Origin: Octopus vulgaris
Lineage: Eukaryota
NCBI GenBank assembly: GCA_951406725.2
Contig: OX597817.1
Coordinates: 122,946,001-123,010,000 of the forward strand
Length of the DNA: 64,000 nt
Reading direction: 5' to 3'
In this document: one piece after another, positions 26,586 through 39,456 of the stretch
Position numbering within the stretch: the stretch's first letter is position 1
How the letters are laid out: every line of letters begins with the position of its first letter
Translations under genes and position numbers: made by a program
The notes under the pieces: model-generated
What the model saw: only the letters and a program-made list of their open reading frames with translations
Databases searched by the model: none
Told to the model about the DNA's origin: nothing

Positions 26586-29500
26586 TCGGGCCGATAATAA
26601 TGGGGGCGAATATGTTTAGTTTACTAAAATTTATTGCATCACAGAGAATAAAATAAAGTTTTAAAATGCTGTACTTTCCACATAGTCTTTTGAACTGTTG
26701 CCAAGTGGCTCTCGACATAAATGCGGTAACGAAATTTGCCGAGGTGGTGCACACCCAGTTTATTAGGAGGATATTGAAAGCGTAATCATTGCCCACAATA
26801 ACAATCAGTTCTAGCTGTCCTAGTTGTAATCTCAAACTATCCATTACTACTCTAGATTCCATATCTTTTATTTATTCTGATAGTTGTAGTTTGTTCAAGT
26901 TTATGCGCAACCAATCTTTTAATAGATAGTATATCTGGTTTCTTATGCTCCTCTCTTTTTCCTCTTTACCATCCTTTCTATCCTCTTCTTGCTCTGGTTC
27001 TACCTTGTTTTCTTAAACACGTTCCTCATTTGAGATATAGGAAGGTACTATATCTATGTTTATATATTCTTGTATTTCTTGTTTTTACGTGTACATGTTT
27101 GTGTGACTGTGTAATTTTTTATTGATTATAATTCCCCATACAATCATTCCCAGGTGATTATTACTCTTGCTGCAATTACGGTTGCTGGTGTGGTCTTTAT
27201 TGTGGCTCTAATTTAAGCGTTGATAGCGGCAAGATGCGTCACTCAATCTTCTCTTCTTGCATATTGGGTAGCAAGCCATGGGATGGTCGGCTCTGCTGCA
27301 TGTGTAGCATTTAGGTTTCCTGCTATCGACTACGTCTTGAATTGTTGTAAACAGAATCAACTTCATTGGGCAGCACTGTTGCAGGATGAACCTGAGTCCT
27401 CAGTAACCTAATTTCTTCGACTACTCTGATTTGGTCGCAACGCCGTGGTATATTAGCCACTTCAACATTTGTACAGTGATATCAACACGAGCAGCAGTAA
27501 GGTGTAAGTTGCAGGTAAAATTGTCTATGTCAACACTAAAACAAACTATCACTTGCACACAACAGCCATTTTACATCTCTAAGTTGTCACGTTTGTACCA
27601 TCAAATTTGGCGGTACGAGACACCTACACGGAACGACGACCGTGCTCTGCGTAGTTACGGTCTGCTCTTTGGCAAGGCATAGCACTCATTCCGCCAGCTT
27701 GCCAGGGATACGGCGAAGTCACGGGGCTGCAGCATGACGGATTGTAAAGAGGCATCGGAAGAACTCAACTCAGCCAACGGTGCTTCGTACAGTGATGCTG
27801 AGTGGAGGAACCCGAGAAGAACAATAGTCAGAATCACTAAGCTCTGTCAAGAGAGTAACTGCAACGCATCTATTGAGGCGGCGTAATCAGCTAATGAAAT
27901 ATTCACTGACTCAAACTCCCAACTCTAATTCATAATAATGGAATTATATGGTGGCAGAGAGTCGTGGGAATCTACGAAAGCAGCGAGAAGAAAAAACCCC
28001 ATCACACTATACATTTTAGCAGCCAATTAACATCCTTTATTTTGGAGAATGATTTCAATCACATTGTTATGAAAATAAAGATTTTCAAGAGAATATCCAG
28101 GGTTGAGCAGTTGCCGGGAGAATATCTGCAATTTGGTTTGTAACTCGCGTAAACACTACGTAGAGACTGTGACGTCTTGTACTTGACACATGGATGCATG
28201 TCACGCTTCACAAAAGAAATTATGTTAGAGGTCTATAAACGTTTCATGAACTGTTACTGATATACCACAAATTCTTCACATTATGTTATTTGATCGTATA
28301 TCAAAACAATTCTTATGCTGTGTCTAATAGACGCTGATTAAACACTGTGAACTATATATTATGGTGTAAATTATTGGACAATTTTCCTTTAATCATATTT
28401 CTGGTAAGTCTGATAATGTGTATTCTTTATTTCAGTTTTGATTTTCCGTTTAACTGCGTCATTTTCTTATGCTGATCTTATTAATTGAACTTGTGTTCTG
28501 TGGATCCGTTGTGAGCCAGAATGTTTCTTCTTTTAGTATAATCAAATTATTTTTATATTGAAGATTTTCTTCTTCATTTTCTAATTCTTATTTCTCTTAA
28601 TAGTCTTATCTTCCTTCTCTCTTCTCATTTTTCTTCATTATCTCATACGAACAATTATGCTAAAGGTTCACGTGTTGCTTCAGTTAGCAAAGAATAAATC
28701 TTCAGCATTACACTGATGGTGGTGTTATTGATGCTGCTGTTGGTTTTCTGGCTTTTGTTAAAAGCGCTATTGTTGTCGTTCCTTGTTATTGTTCATAGTA
28801 ATAATAGTGGTGACGATAATGATAATAGATAACAGTAATAATAATTATCAATTCTATTATAATTTCTTTTTCTGGTGACAAACCTGAAGGTGTTGGGAAG
28901 GACAAAAAAAAGCAAAAACGAAATCAGTGTTGTATTTCTATCGTATAAAAAGGCAAAATTAACAATAGCAATGCAGAAGGGTTAATACATAAATATCAAG
29001 AAATAAAAATAGCAATTAAGAAGAAAATCAGAGAAAAAGGGATCCCAAATGGAATCACGGTACGATTCAGCGCGCACTCCATAAAAAATGTAGAATTACT
29101 GTGACACACCAGAAAAAAAAAAGAAAGAAAATCCTTCACCCAGGTTTTACTGCCAGGCTACAGCCGCATAGTTAGACAGAGAAAATTAAATTCGCTTAGC
29201 CATGGAAGTTTATTGGAGGGCACCACTTTATTCTTTCTCTACTCTGATCTTTTCACATTGATGAGATCTTGGTCTGAGTGGAAAGAATCTACCCTCAAAC
29301 CTTACAATCACGTACACCGTAACACGTTCCTAGCTATTATGGCAAACCTAGATCTGTAAGTTTCGTTCATTAACTCTAATGACTATTATCCTACCATGGG
29401 ATGCCACGTTTCATCTGTTCTGTATACAGCTGTTTTCTATTCCTGTTTCTGATTTTGTAAGATACCCTAGGTTTTGTAATTTGTCCTTATGTTCTACCAT

Positions 29501-29738
29501 ATGTAAAATCAGAATTGATTGCCAGGCATTTGGATTGCTGCGAGGTGCACACTTTTCTAGTAGACGGGCAACATAGTGGTACATAGAATTAATGCTGAGT
29601 AAGAGTGACAATATTTTTGGGAAGATTCATGGCATCGATAAATATAAATTCGACCACATATTTTCAAACTATAGACATTTTCCAGAAACCTTTAATCTCA
29701 TTGCACAAAAGATGCGAGGAAATAAACTCTATAGATTA

Positions 29739-29960
29739 GGAGTTCTCAACCATTTTTTTAACATATGGAACCCTTTGATTACTATTTTATTCCGGTGGAT
29801 CTCCATAGTTATTCGGTTTTTAAAAACTAATTTTATAGAAACTTCTTTCAAAATTCCTGTTTTGTTTTTCACACATTAACTTGTGTAAGGGTGAAGTATG
29901 TAAAATGTTAGTGAAAGAAACCTAGCGGTTTTTTGCAATAAATACTAATACATACATCTA
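29739..29960. mobile_element. Fragment related to the hAT MITE at 24892-25167
   Basis: AGGAGTTCTCAACCATTTTTT..CCCTTTGATT.C.A.TTTA.TC.G.TGGA.C.CCATA matches the reverse complement of that MITE's right end. Confidence 0.6.
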
Positions 29961-30017
29961 AAACAAATGTAAACTATCCGACACCGGTTGTTTTTCTGTC
30001 TGTTTGTCTGTATGTCT

Positions 30018-30652
30018 GTCTGTGAACAAAATGGTGAAACCATATAGCATATTACTAGCCAATGTACGTCACTAGCCCAGAAGGAATATAAGAGACGCCA
30101 CGATAATATAGCCAGGCTTATCCATTGGACACTTTGCAACAAGTATGAACTTGACAGCAAAATATTGGTAAGAACACAAACCCAAAGGCATCGTCGAAAA
30201 TAAAAGTGCAAAGATCCTGTGGGATTTTATGATTCAGTGCGACCATGAGATAGAGAATAGAAAGCCTGACATATACTTAATTGAGAAAGAAACAAAGTAT
30301 GCTGGATCATAGATATAGCATGCCTAGCTGACAACAAGGTATGCGATAAGGAAGAAAGAAAAGTCGATAGGTATGACAGATTAGCTTAGGAGGTTAAGTA
30401 GTTGCGGTTGCCGAAAAAAGTGGTAGTAGTACCAATAATTGTCACAACCCAGCGAACACTGATTAAAAATCTTGAGAAGTACATGGAAGAAAAAGGGGCT
30501 CCAATAAAGGTGGAGCACTTGCAGAAAACAGCACTGCTTGGAACCCCTCAAATACTCCGGAAGGTGCTCGAAAAATCAGGAGTGTTACCTTAGTTCCCTG
30601 GTAGTGAATAGCTGGTACCGTAGTACATCTCCAGCATTAAAACCTGTGCAAA
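30018..30652 (+). pseudogene. Dong/R4-clade non-LTR retrotransposon 3' fragment (CCHC knuckle + RLE endonuclease)
   Basis: ETI.HITSQC..LAQKEYKRRHDNIARLIHW, IQCDHEIENRKPDI..CWIIDIAC, VVVVPIIV..LQKTALLGT..ILRKVL; followed by (CAA)n. Confidence 0.88.
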
Positions 30653-30653
30653 G

Positions 30654-30704
<51 letters not shown>

Positions 30705-30744
30705 GCAACAACAACACAACAACAACAACAACAATAATAATGAT

Positions 30745-30990
30745 AATTGTTTGGAATACAAAAATTGTAAAGGTTGTGCCTATAATTGGTGCACTGGGAA
30801 CTACAAGCAAAGATATAGACAATTGGTTGAAGGAGATTGGAATAGAAGCCCTGTAGGGTATCTACAGTAAATTTGCCACTTAGGGACAGGAAGGATTATC
30901 AGCAGGGTGTTAAGCACTTGAAATACTATTGAAAGATCGTGGATACCTAAGGTTACAGACAGTAACTAGTTACCCACATAAATTCTACCA
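30745..30990 (+). mobile_element. Second Dong/R4-type 3' stub
   Basis: VKVVPIIGALGT..WLKEIGI..LGTGRIISRVLST, stop. Confidence 0.75.
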
Positions 30991-31019
30991 AGAATAAGAA
31001 TGAACAGACATAACCACTA

Positions 31020-31256
31020 CCCCAAAATTTCAGGCCTTGTGCCTATAGTAGAAAATATTATTAACGTTAGCACGCTGGGCGAAATGCTTAGCGGTGTTTC
31101 GTCTGTCGCTACGTTCTGAGTTCAAACTCCGCCGAGGTAAACTTTGCCTTTCATCCTTTCGGGATCGATAAATTAAGTACCAGTTACGTACTGGGGCCGA
31201 TCTAATCGACTGTCCCCTCTCCAAAAATTTCGGGCCTTGTGCCTAGAGTAGAAAAA
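31020..31256 (+). mobile_element. SINE family A (tail stub plus near-full copy)
   Basis: Tail type 2 at 31020-31055, then a body with tail type 2. Confidence 0.85.
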
Positions 31257-31286
31257 ATTATCATCATCATCATCATCATCCTCATC

Positions 31287-31334
<48 letters not shown>

Positions 31335-31804
31335 TGCTTTGGAAAATTCTCTCAAGAGATTCCTTAGAGCAAGAATTATCGGTACATCTTGGAAAATTTG
31401 CATTGAATTGTTCAGTATAACAAAAATATTCCATGTTAAATATGCATTCAGATATTTAGAGTTAACAGAAATATTCAAGGTTAAGGAGTATATTCAGGAT
31501 TAACATGTATATTTAAGTGTAACAACATGTAACAAGATGATGCGTGAGAATGACCCAATAATGTTTACTGATCTTTCTGTTATGTTCCTGCATCTTTCTT
31601 TATGGTGTGTTTGTGAATGTTCTTTCAGAAATAATGGTATACTGTTCCAGTTGTACCAGTTACAAATGGGATGATGGACATACATATTCGTTAACAATTA
31701 CAATATATTTTTAGTTCAACATTTAGGTCAGTGTAACTTTTTAAATTTACAGCCCTGTTCTGCACACGGTTATTGTTATTTAGTGATACTATGTTGATAA
31801 TTGG

Positions 31805-32340
31805 TTTCAATATTTGGCACAACGCCAGCAACTTCGGGGGAAAGGTATGCCGGTTGCATCATCCCCCGGGCTCAGCTGGTAATTATTTTATCGACCTCGA
31901 AAAGATGAAGGTTAAGTTGACGACGGCGGAATTTGAACTCAGAACGTAAGGACAGAAGAAATGCCGCCAAGCATTTTACCCGGCGTGCTAACGATTCTGC
32001 CAGTTCACCGTCTTATTGCTATGTTGATAATTAATACATCATGGTTATTTTCGAAAAGGAGAATGTCTTATGGTATATATATTTACTGTCAGTATGCTAA
32101 CGTTTTATATTATTTTCACATTGTAGGTGACCAGCTGGCAGAATAGTTAGCACACCGGACAAAATTTCTTAGTAACATTTTGTCCGTCTTAATTTTCTGA
32201 GTTCAAATTCTGCCGAGGTCGACTTTGCCGTTCATCATTTCGTTGTTGATAAAATAAGTACTAATCAGGTACTGCGGTCGATATAATCGACTTCCCTTTC
32301 CCTCAAAAAAATACTGACTCTGTGTTCAAATTTGAAACTA
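31805..32340. mobile_element. Two divergently oriented SINE family A copies
   Basis: Minus copy 31805-32010; plus copy 32125-32340. Confidence 0.75.
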
Positions 32341-33127
32341 TAATTATCACATCGTCATATTCTGAGACAGATGGGGGTGTATTTGCGAAATAGAGAGCTA
32401 TTACCTGCAGACAATGGTCACTCGGTGTACATAGAGCAATGTGCAGTGTCTAAGAATATTTTGTCAGTGATCGTGTTGACATTCTGATGTTATGTAGTGA
32501 TTTGTTTTAGGAAATTCTCCTCATAGATGACATAATCTATATTGTAGAAATTCTGATTATTTATTTCACTATACACAGTACTAGTGGCCTACTCTTGTAT
32601 TGCAAATGTTATACTTGATTTATTCATCCAGATCAAAGATATATCTTTTTTATTAATTTATGGGAACATCCAAATTGTGAAAATATTTGGCATGTAAAGG
32701 CATGTTTTTTACGGTTGTTCACCACAGCTGAGGTTTGCACCTTCAGTATGGCCCTTTTACTGCTACTTTAGATACAACCTGTTCGAGATTTAAACCAATT
32801 CCTCGAGAGAGTTTTGATGCTGCTCTTGTAATTGATTTGCGAAGTTTTAAAATCATAATCAACAATCGTACGAAGTAGTACCTGCTCCCTAGTGCTAAAA
32901 ACAGTCCACCAACTCCCTAGCTTCTATAGATGTATACTGTTTGAGTGTCAGACATATTGTGTAGTAAGCGAGTTTTTTTCAAATAGATTTCTTGTATATA
33001 CAGTCTACGGAATTTAGTTTTGTCACGTTCCAGTTCAATACCACAGATATGTGCTATTGGGCTGGAACGTGACATATACTATAGCATGGCAGTGCAAATG
33101 TGTTGACGGCACAGGTCATGTTGTCGC

Positions 33128-33191
<64 letters not shown>

Positions 33192-33194
<3 letters not shown>

Positions 33195-34330
33195 TTGATT
33201 TTTGCTTTGCATTTGTACAAGTTGGCTCTAAATCTCACCCGAGACCTCAAGAAAAAACAAGTTAGAAGTTTATGTTAGTGTTATGCCTAGGGTGCCATAT
33301 ATTTGATTTTGTACATAGTGTTGTTCTAGAGAATGTTTAAGAAACCATAAAAAAATTATGTTTGTTTTAAAATTTGAGATTACATAGAAAGTATTTTGCG
33401 TAAGATATTGACAGTTCCCAAGAGTATTATCTTTTAATTCCTGCCAGTTTGGGGTTTCCTGGTATCTGAGCTAGGTAGCAATCAGCTCCTTTTGCTATCA
33501 TTCCCAGAACACCTATGACAACAGGTATTGTTTTAGTCTTCAGGTACAACATTTTGCTAATTTCTATTTCAAGATCTTTAAACTTGTTCAGTTATTGGTA
33601 GGTCTTGACAGATACGTTTATATCGATTGAGACAATCATATCAACGAGGAGGCATAATTTTTGCCTGAAGTCTTTCAATATAATGTCTGGCCTATTTGCA
33701 TCTATCTTTCTGTCAGTTTGAATGGTGAAGTTCCAGAGGAGTGAGATGTAATCAGTTTCAAGCACTGGAGGTGGTTTGTGTTCCCACCAGTTTTTATCAT
33801 GGGGCAAGTCCAGGTTTTTGTAAATTACCCAGTGAATATATTGTGCAGCTCTATCATGCCTGTTGAGATACTATGTAGGCGCAAGGAGACTGCACATTGA
33901 GACAACACGATCAAGGGTTTTATTTTGTTGTTGACATACATGACATGTTGGAAAGCTGCCGTTCTTTAATTTGTTAGCCTGCTGGTTTCTTGAAGGTAGG
34001 CATTGATCTCGGGGTGCTATGCTTAAATCTTCTATTTCAGATTTTAAGCCAGAAGCCATTAGCCATTGATGGGTAAGGGATTTGTCAACATCGGCATTAT
34101 TAAATCATCCATGTAAATGAGATGATTTGTATTTTTATCAAACATTTTATAACCATACTGTACATCATTGAGCAATTTTGAGAGTTATTAAGGCCAGACA
34201 AAAGAGGAGTAATGATAGTGAGTCACCCTGGAAAATGCCACATGAAATTCTTACATCTCCAGCATTTAGAGATCCATTGTCACTATTCAAAATCAGTGTG
34301 GTTCTCTATGATCTCATATTTACAGAATTT
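33192..34330 (-). pseudogene. Dong/R4-clade LINE remnant (RT piece, zinc knuckle, RLE, 3' UTR) between (ATT)n and (CTT)n/(ATT)n tracts
   Basis: GIFQGDSLSLLLFCLAL (34170-34330); LKSEIE..DQCL..CHVC..YLNRHD..IHW, LWNFTIQTDRKIDANRPDII..LVDM, TIPVVIGVLG. Confidence 0.9.
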
Positions 34331-34375
34331 CTTCTTCTTCTTCTTCTTCTTCTTCTTCTTCTTCTTCTTCTTCTT

Positions 34376-34452
<77 letters not shown>

Positions 34453-35010
34453 CATTATTATTATACATAAAATATCAAATGGTTAAACTCTCAACACTTT
34501 TCAAAGGATGCATTCCCTTTTGTCTTTCTATCACTCTTCGCTGTTCGTTGCATTCAGAAATACATCTACTAATCAATAAACCACTCTTCCTTATCATTAT
34601 AACTTCTAAATCTCTATGATATATGAACGCTATTCAGTTTACGTTGTACGATCATGATCATTTTGAATACCAAGTCGAACGTTACAGATCCATGTCTTTC
34701 TAGCCTATCTCTATTTATATCATTCATATTTGTACCGAAAATACTATACGGATGTGACCAAAACAATGTAAATTAACGTGACTAACCGGCAGTCTTCTGC
34801 AATCTTTATTCTTAATTAAGATTTCGAAGTTTACTACAAGTAACAAACATCTCTCACATGTACCTTTTAATACTTTGTTTTATTGTTCATATTTTCAGCG
34901 GTGTGTGGTGTTTCTCATCGCTTGATGTTCTTTTGTAGTGAGCCTATTATGCTAGTATAAATATTACTAAGGAAGAAGCAATTAAAATTTAAGCTATTTC
35001 TTTTTTTTTC

Positions 35011-35432
35011 CTCTAGTTTCAGCTCAGAGCTGTGGCCATGCTGATGCACCACCGTTTTGCTACGCTGTTATTACTAAAAGCCTCCTCTAGTATGTGGCAC
35101 TTGGTGAAGCATGGAGTTTGATATAGCTACCCTCATTTTCACCTCTTGCCGTGAGGTAGGTTCATCTGGGACTCTCGACAGGAAGAGGTCCAGCTTTGAT
35201 TTTAAAATCCCTACATCTGGTTTGTGCAAGTTCCTCAGACTCTTTGGGAGAATATTAAAAAGCTGTGGGCTCTTTAAACCCAGGCTGTTGCAGTAACTGG
35301 TCCTGAAGCCTGATGGCATTGCTGGGACCTTTGGCACTATGCAGTGTTGTCCCGTTCTGGCATTGGTGTAGCTTTCAATGTCAAAATTTGGCACAATTCC
35401 TTCCAGGATCTTCCAGATGTATATTACCGCAT
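35011..35432 (-). mobile_element. CR1-group LINE 3' end (ORF2 C-terminus plus tail)
   Basis: AVIYIWKILEGIVPN..GLKSPQLFNILPKSLRNL..KSKLDLFLSRVPDEP..SNS; the tail is shared with SINE B. Confidence 0.85.
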
Positions 35433-35744
35433 TTAAAGACGAAATAAAACGAAATAACACTTACGACAATATAAACACAAATACACCAAAAAACCTAACA
35501 TGTATAAAATCATCATTAAAAATTAAACTAAAATCAAATTAAAATATATATATAATACGCTTTCAACTTAATCCTTGTTTCTTAGTATAGATATATTATA
35601 AAATTTAAAACAAATTATAACGAAATTAGACCACTATAATGACAGAACATAATCATGATAAAGACAATTTTAAATCGTTTGTGGTTGGGCAGCGCTCATC
35701 CAGTACATTCATAATGTACGCTCCAAGGTTATTGTTATGTATAT

Positions 35745-36070
35745 CTTTTATCTATCTTTTATTTGCCTCAGTCATCAGAATGCGGCCATGCTGGGGTGCA
35801 GCACTGGAAAAGTTTCTGCCGAATGAATCGGTTGCAGTACTTGTATTTTTAAAGCTTGCTTCTTATTCTATCAGTCTCTTTTGATGAACTTCCAAATCTC
35901 AGGGACATAAACACACCAACACCAGTTGTCGAATGGTGGTGGGAGAGAAACACACACACACACACACACAAGGAGCGCCTTTCAATGTCCATCTACCAAA
36001 TCCACTCACAAGGGTTTTGGTCAGCCCGAGGCTATAGTAGAAGACGCTTGCTTAAGTTGCCACGCTGTGG
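35745..36070 (-). mobile_element. SINE family B (decayed)
   Basis: GCGGCCATGCTGGG..ACATAAACACACCA..CTACCAAATCCACTCACAAGG. Confidence 0.8.
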
Positions 36071-36702
36071 TTTAACATTCTGATAAAGTACTTCGCTTCT
36101 TTCCTTTTCGTGCGTTTTCTATTGCTTCATCTAACAAAATCATCGAATTATGACACAGTTTCGTATTTAGTATTTAGAATATAAATCTTCATTTCTATGA
36201 CGTCAGTCAGAAACAATACATTTTCACATATTAAGCCAGGCTGTAGAAGAAGCTTCTACGTGGTCACTCGGCTTACTAAAACTGGGAGCCAAAACTCCTC
36301 TAAATACCATTCTACTGTCTTAAAAAAAAGAAATAAATTAAATACTATAGAAATGAATTAAATACACAGGTCTAAAAAGATAGAATTATTACAACTAGAA
36401 TACCTCTAAATATGAGTTTAATCGATTACAGTTGTTCTAGGGTTAATCAACAGCAAAAGCAACATCGTAAGACAACATCTTGTAGTTACTGCTATAGTCT
36501 AACTCTAAATCAGTTTAAATTGAAAGGAACTACAATAAAAGGCATTTCACCACTGATCGTCCTGTGTTTTTTAGGCATAGTGTATCTAAGATTAATTATA
36601 TTAAAGTATTTGTGGCCACTTAAGCTATGTTTTATCATTACTTGGTGTTAAGCTAATACTGATAATATTAGATTATCCATAATGAAGACTATGTTTAACA
36701 TA

Positions 36703-36930
36703 AATAAAATAACTGGGCCCAGTTTCCCGGTTTCTATGGCGTATGTGTTCCCCAACTGGACGGGACGCCCGTCCATCACTGCGTTACTCATTTTTGCCAG
36801 TTGAGTGGACTGGAGCAACGTGAGATGAAGTGTTTTGCTCAAGAACACAACGCATCGCCCGGTCCAGGAATCGAAACCACAATCTTACGATCATGGTGCT
36901 GGCACCCTAACCACTAAGCCACGCGCCTCC
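36703..36930 (-). mobile_element. SINE family C with 15-bp TSD
   Basis: ACTATGTTTAACATA at 36688-36702 and 36931-36945. Confidence 0.9.
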
Positions 36931-37293
36931 ACTATGTTTAACATATTTGCGTTTAAATGTTGCTTTGCTTACTTTTATAACGCGATTAGTTATACGTCAC
37001 TTTAGTGTCGTGCACTAATACTGTGTGATATATAGTAGCACGGAACGGGGGTAGAGACCAACTGTCTCTACTTGATGTATTCCCAAATACTCTGCCAACA
37101 AGTGTAACCAATCCCAAACAACTCTCAACGAACTATAACAACATCTCAACACTTTCCTGCGACTCCATGAACTCACGAACGGCACCTTTCAACTTCCTGC
37201 GATTTCTCGCTCTCAGTCAAACATGCTGCTACTTATACGAATTCGGCTAGTTCATTCTCACGGGGGGTGGGTGGGTGTCATAATTCTTGCCAT

Positions 37294-37610
37294 GGATGGA
37301 AGCACTCTGTCGGTTACGACGACGAGGGTTCCGGTTGATCCGATCAACGGAACAGCCTGCTCGTGAAATTAACGTGTAAGTGGCTGAGCACTCCACAGAC
37401 ACGTGTAGCCTTAACGTAGTTCTCGGGGATATTCAGCGTGACACATAGAGTGACAAGGCCGGCCCTTTGAAATACAGGTACAACAGAAACAGGAAGTAAG
37501 AGTGAGAGAAAGTTGTGGTAAAAGAGTACAGCAGGGATCACCACCATCCCCTGCCGGAGCCTCGTGGAACTTTTAGGTGTTTTCGCTCAATAAACACTCA
37601 CAACGCCCGG
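37294..37610 (-). mobile_element. 5'-truncated SINE-like element (family E) with 12-bp TSD
   Basis: AATTCTTG(C/T)CAT at 37282-37293 and 37611-37622; internal hairpin GTTGATCCGATCAAC. Confidence 0.75.
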
Positions 37611-37809
37611 AATTCTTGTCATAACACTTACTGGATGCTCAATATTTCTAACAACAATCGTATCTTTTCAATTCTATTTCTTCTCCATTTATAGCTTTAC
37701 ATTATAATTTCCTGGTTCCAAATGATTCAGGTATAGCAGGAAAAAGAAATACAAGTAAAGAAGTTATAATTGACTGCCACGCTTTATTCAAAAGCCAAAT
37801 CGAAGATAC

Positions 37810-38026
37810 TCTCTCTCTCTTTTATTTGTTTCTGTCATTTGACTGCGGCCATGCTGGAGCACCGCCTTTAGTCGAGCAACTCGACCCCAGGACTTATTCT
37901 TTGTAAGCCCAGTACTTATTCTATCTGTCTCTTTTGCCGAACCGCTAAATGATGGGGACATAAACACACCAGCATCGGTTGTCAAGCAATGCTAGGGGGA
38001 CAAACACAGACACACAGACATACACG

Positions 38027-38064
<38 letters not shown>

Positions 38065-38232
38065 TACGACGGGCTTCTTTCAGTTTCCGTCTACCAAATC
38101 CACTCACAAGGCATTGGTCGGCCCGAGGCTATAGTAGAAGACACTTGCCCAAGGTGCCATGCAGTGGGACTTAACCCGGTACCATGTGGCTGGTAAACAA
38201 GCTACTTACCACACAGCCATTCCTGCGCCTAT
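37810..38232 (-). mobile_element. SINE family B, full length
   Basis: Near-identical to 8195-8597. Confidence 0.92.
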
Positions 38233-38727
38233 ATAGCAAAAGTTGGCACAATATGAATGATACTGTCAGAAAATATACATATTGGTTTCTCATGCAGTTG
38301 GTACTTGATGTGTGTTTGACGGAACACAACAGCGCGTCAAAGCTCTCTGCTGAATAACTCTCCTCCCTTCATACCGAGTTCTGAACTCAATCGTGCTTTC
38401 CCATCTCACTGGAGAAAAGCGGGAAAGATTCTCCCTTTTAAAGCTGATGGTATGCTCCAGTGAACAAACCTAATTTGCCCACGCTCGGCTGGTCTGTCAC
38501 GTGATGGGATAAGACCCCCACGTAAAGGCAGGACACGACCATTATGTGACCAGGTCATGTAACCACTTGTAGAAAACAATATTTGAGCATTTAAGCCTAA
38601 TCGGGCGAATGATAATCATATTTCTGCTACATGTTGTAAGTTTACATTGTTTCAATCTACGTCCATTACTTTTGACCCTTCTTTCTCTTGAAGCTTATTA
38701 ACTGGTTATTTTTATATTTAGCGAATA

Positions 38728-38923
38728 CTCTTTTACTCTTTTACTTGTTTCAGTCATTTGACTGCGGCCATGCTGGAGCACCGCCTTTAGTCGAGCAAAT
38801 CGACCCCGGGACTTATTCTTTGTAAGCCCAGTACTTATTCTATCGGTCTCTTTTTGCCGAACCGCTAAGTGACGGGGACGTAAACACACCAGCATCGGTT
38901 GTCAAGCAATGCTAGGGGGACAA

Positions 38924-38970
<47 letters not shown>

Positions 38971-39137
38971 CATATATACGACAGGTTTCTTTCAGTTTCC
39001 GTCTACCAAATCCACTCACAAGGCATTGGTCGGCCCGGAGCTATAGCAGAAGACACTTGCCCAAGATGCCACGCAGTGGGACTGAACCCGGAACCATGTG
39101 GTTGGTTAGCAAGCTACTTACCACACAGCCACTCCTG
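38728..39137 (-). mobile_element. SINE family B, near full length
   Basis: Near-identical to 8195-8597. Confidence 0.92.
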
Positions 39138-39265
39138 AATATTTTGTCGAAGGCAAGTAAAGTGAATACTATTATATAATAGGGATGATTGTGCTCAATC
39201 AATATCTAATTTGAATCTGGATTTAAAACAAAAGAAAAAGTGATTTCATCTAGAAAGAGATGTAC

Positions 39266-39388
39266 CTATGGTTTCCACAGGCTCTCTGGAACCAGTGGGA
39301 TCTACGCAGTTTATGTTACTGTTGATGTAAATTGATAGGGCTATAGAAAAAGCAAAAAGCAGGCCCGAATTCCGAGAAGCATTATGTT
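39266..39388 (-). other. Candidate 123-bp exon
   Basis: TTTCTTTCTTCGCAG acceptor, one open phase-1/phase-1 frame, weak AG|GTACAT donor; no recognisable protein. Confidence 0.25.
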
Positions 39389-39412
39389 CTGCGAAGAAAG
39401 AAATACACACAC

Positions 39413-39456
<44 letters not shown>

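Noticed and set aside
27100-29700. GC-richer segments with faint piggyBac/hAT-like peptide hints
   Set aside because: Many stops and no motif strong enough to call without a profile search.
30538-30870. Poly-Q/poly-N ORF as a gene
   Set aside because: It is a (CAA)n tract between two Dong/R4 fragments.
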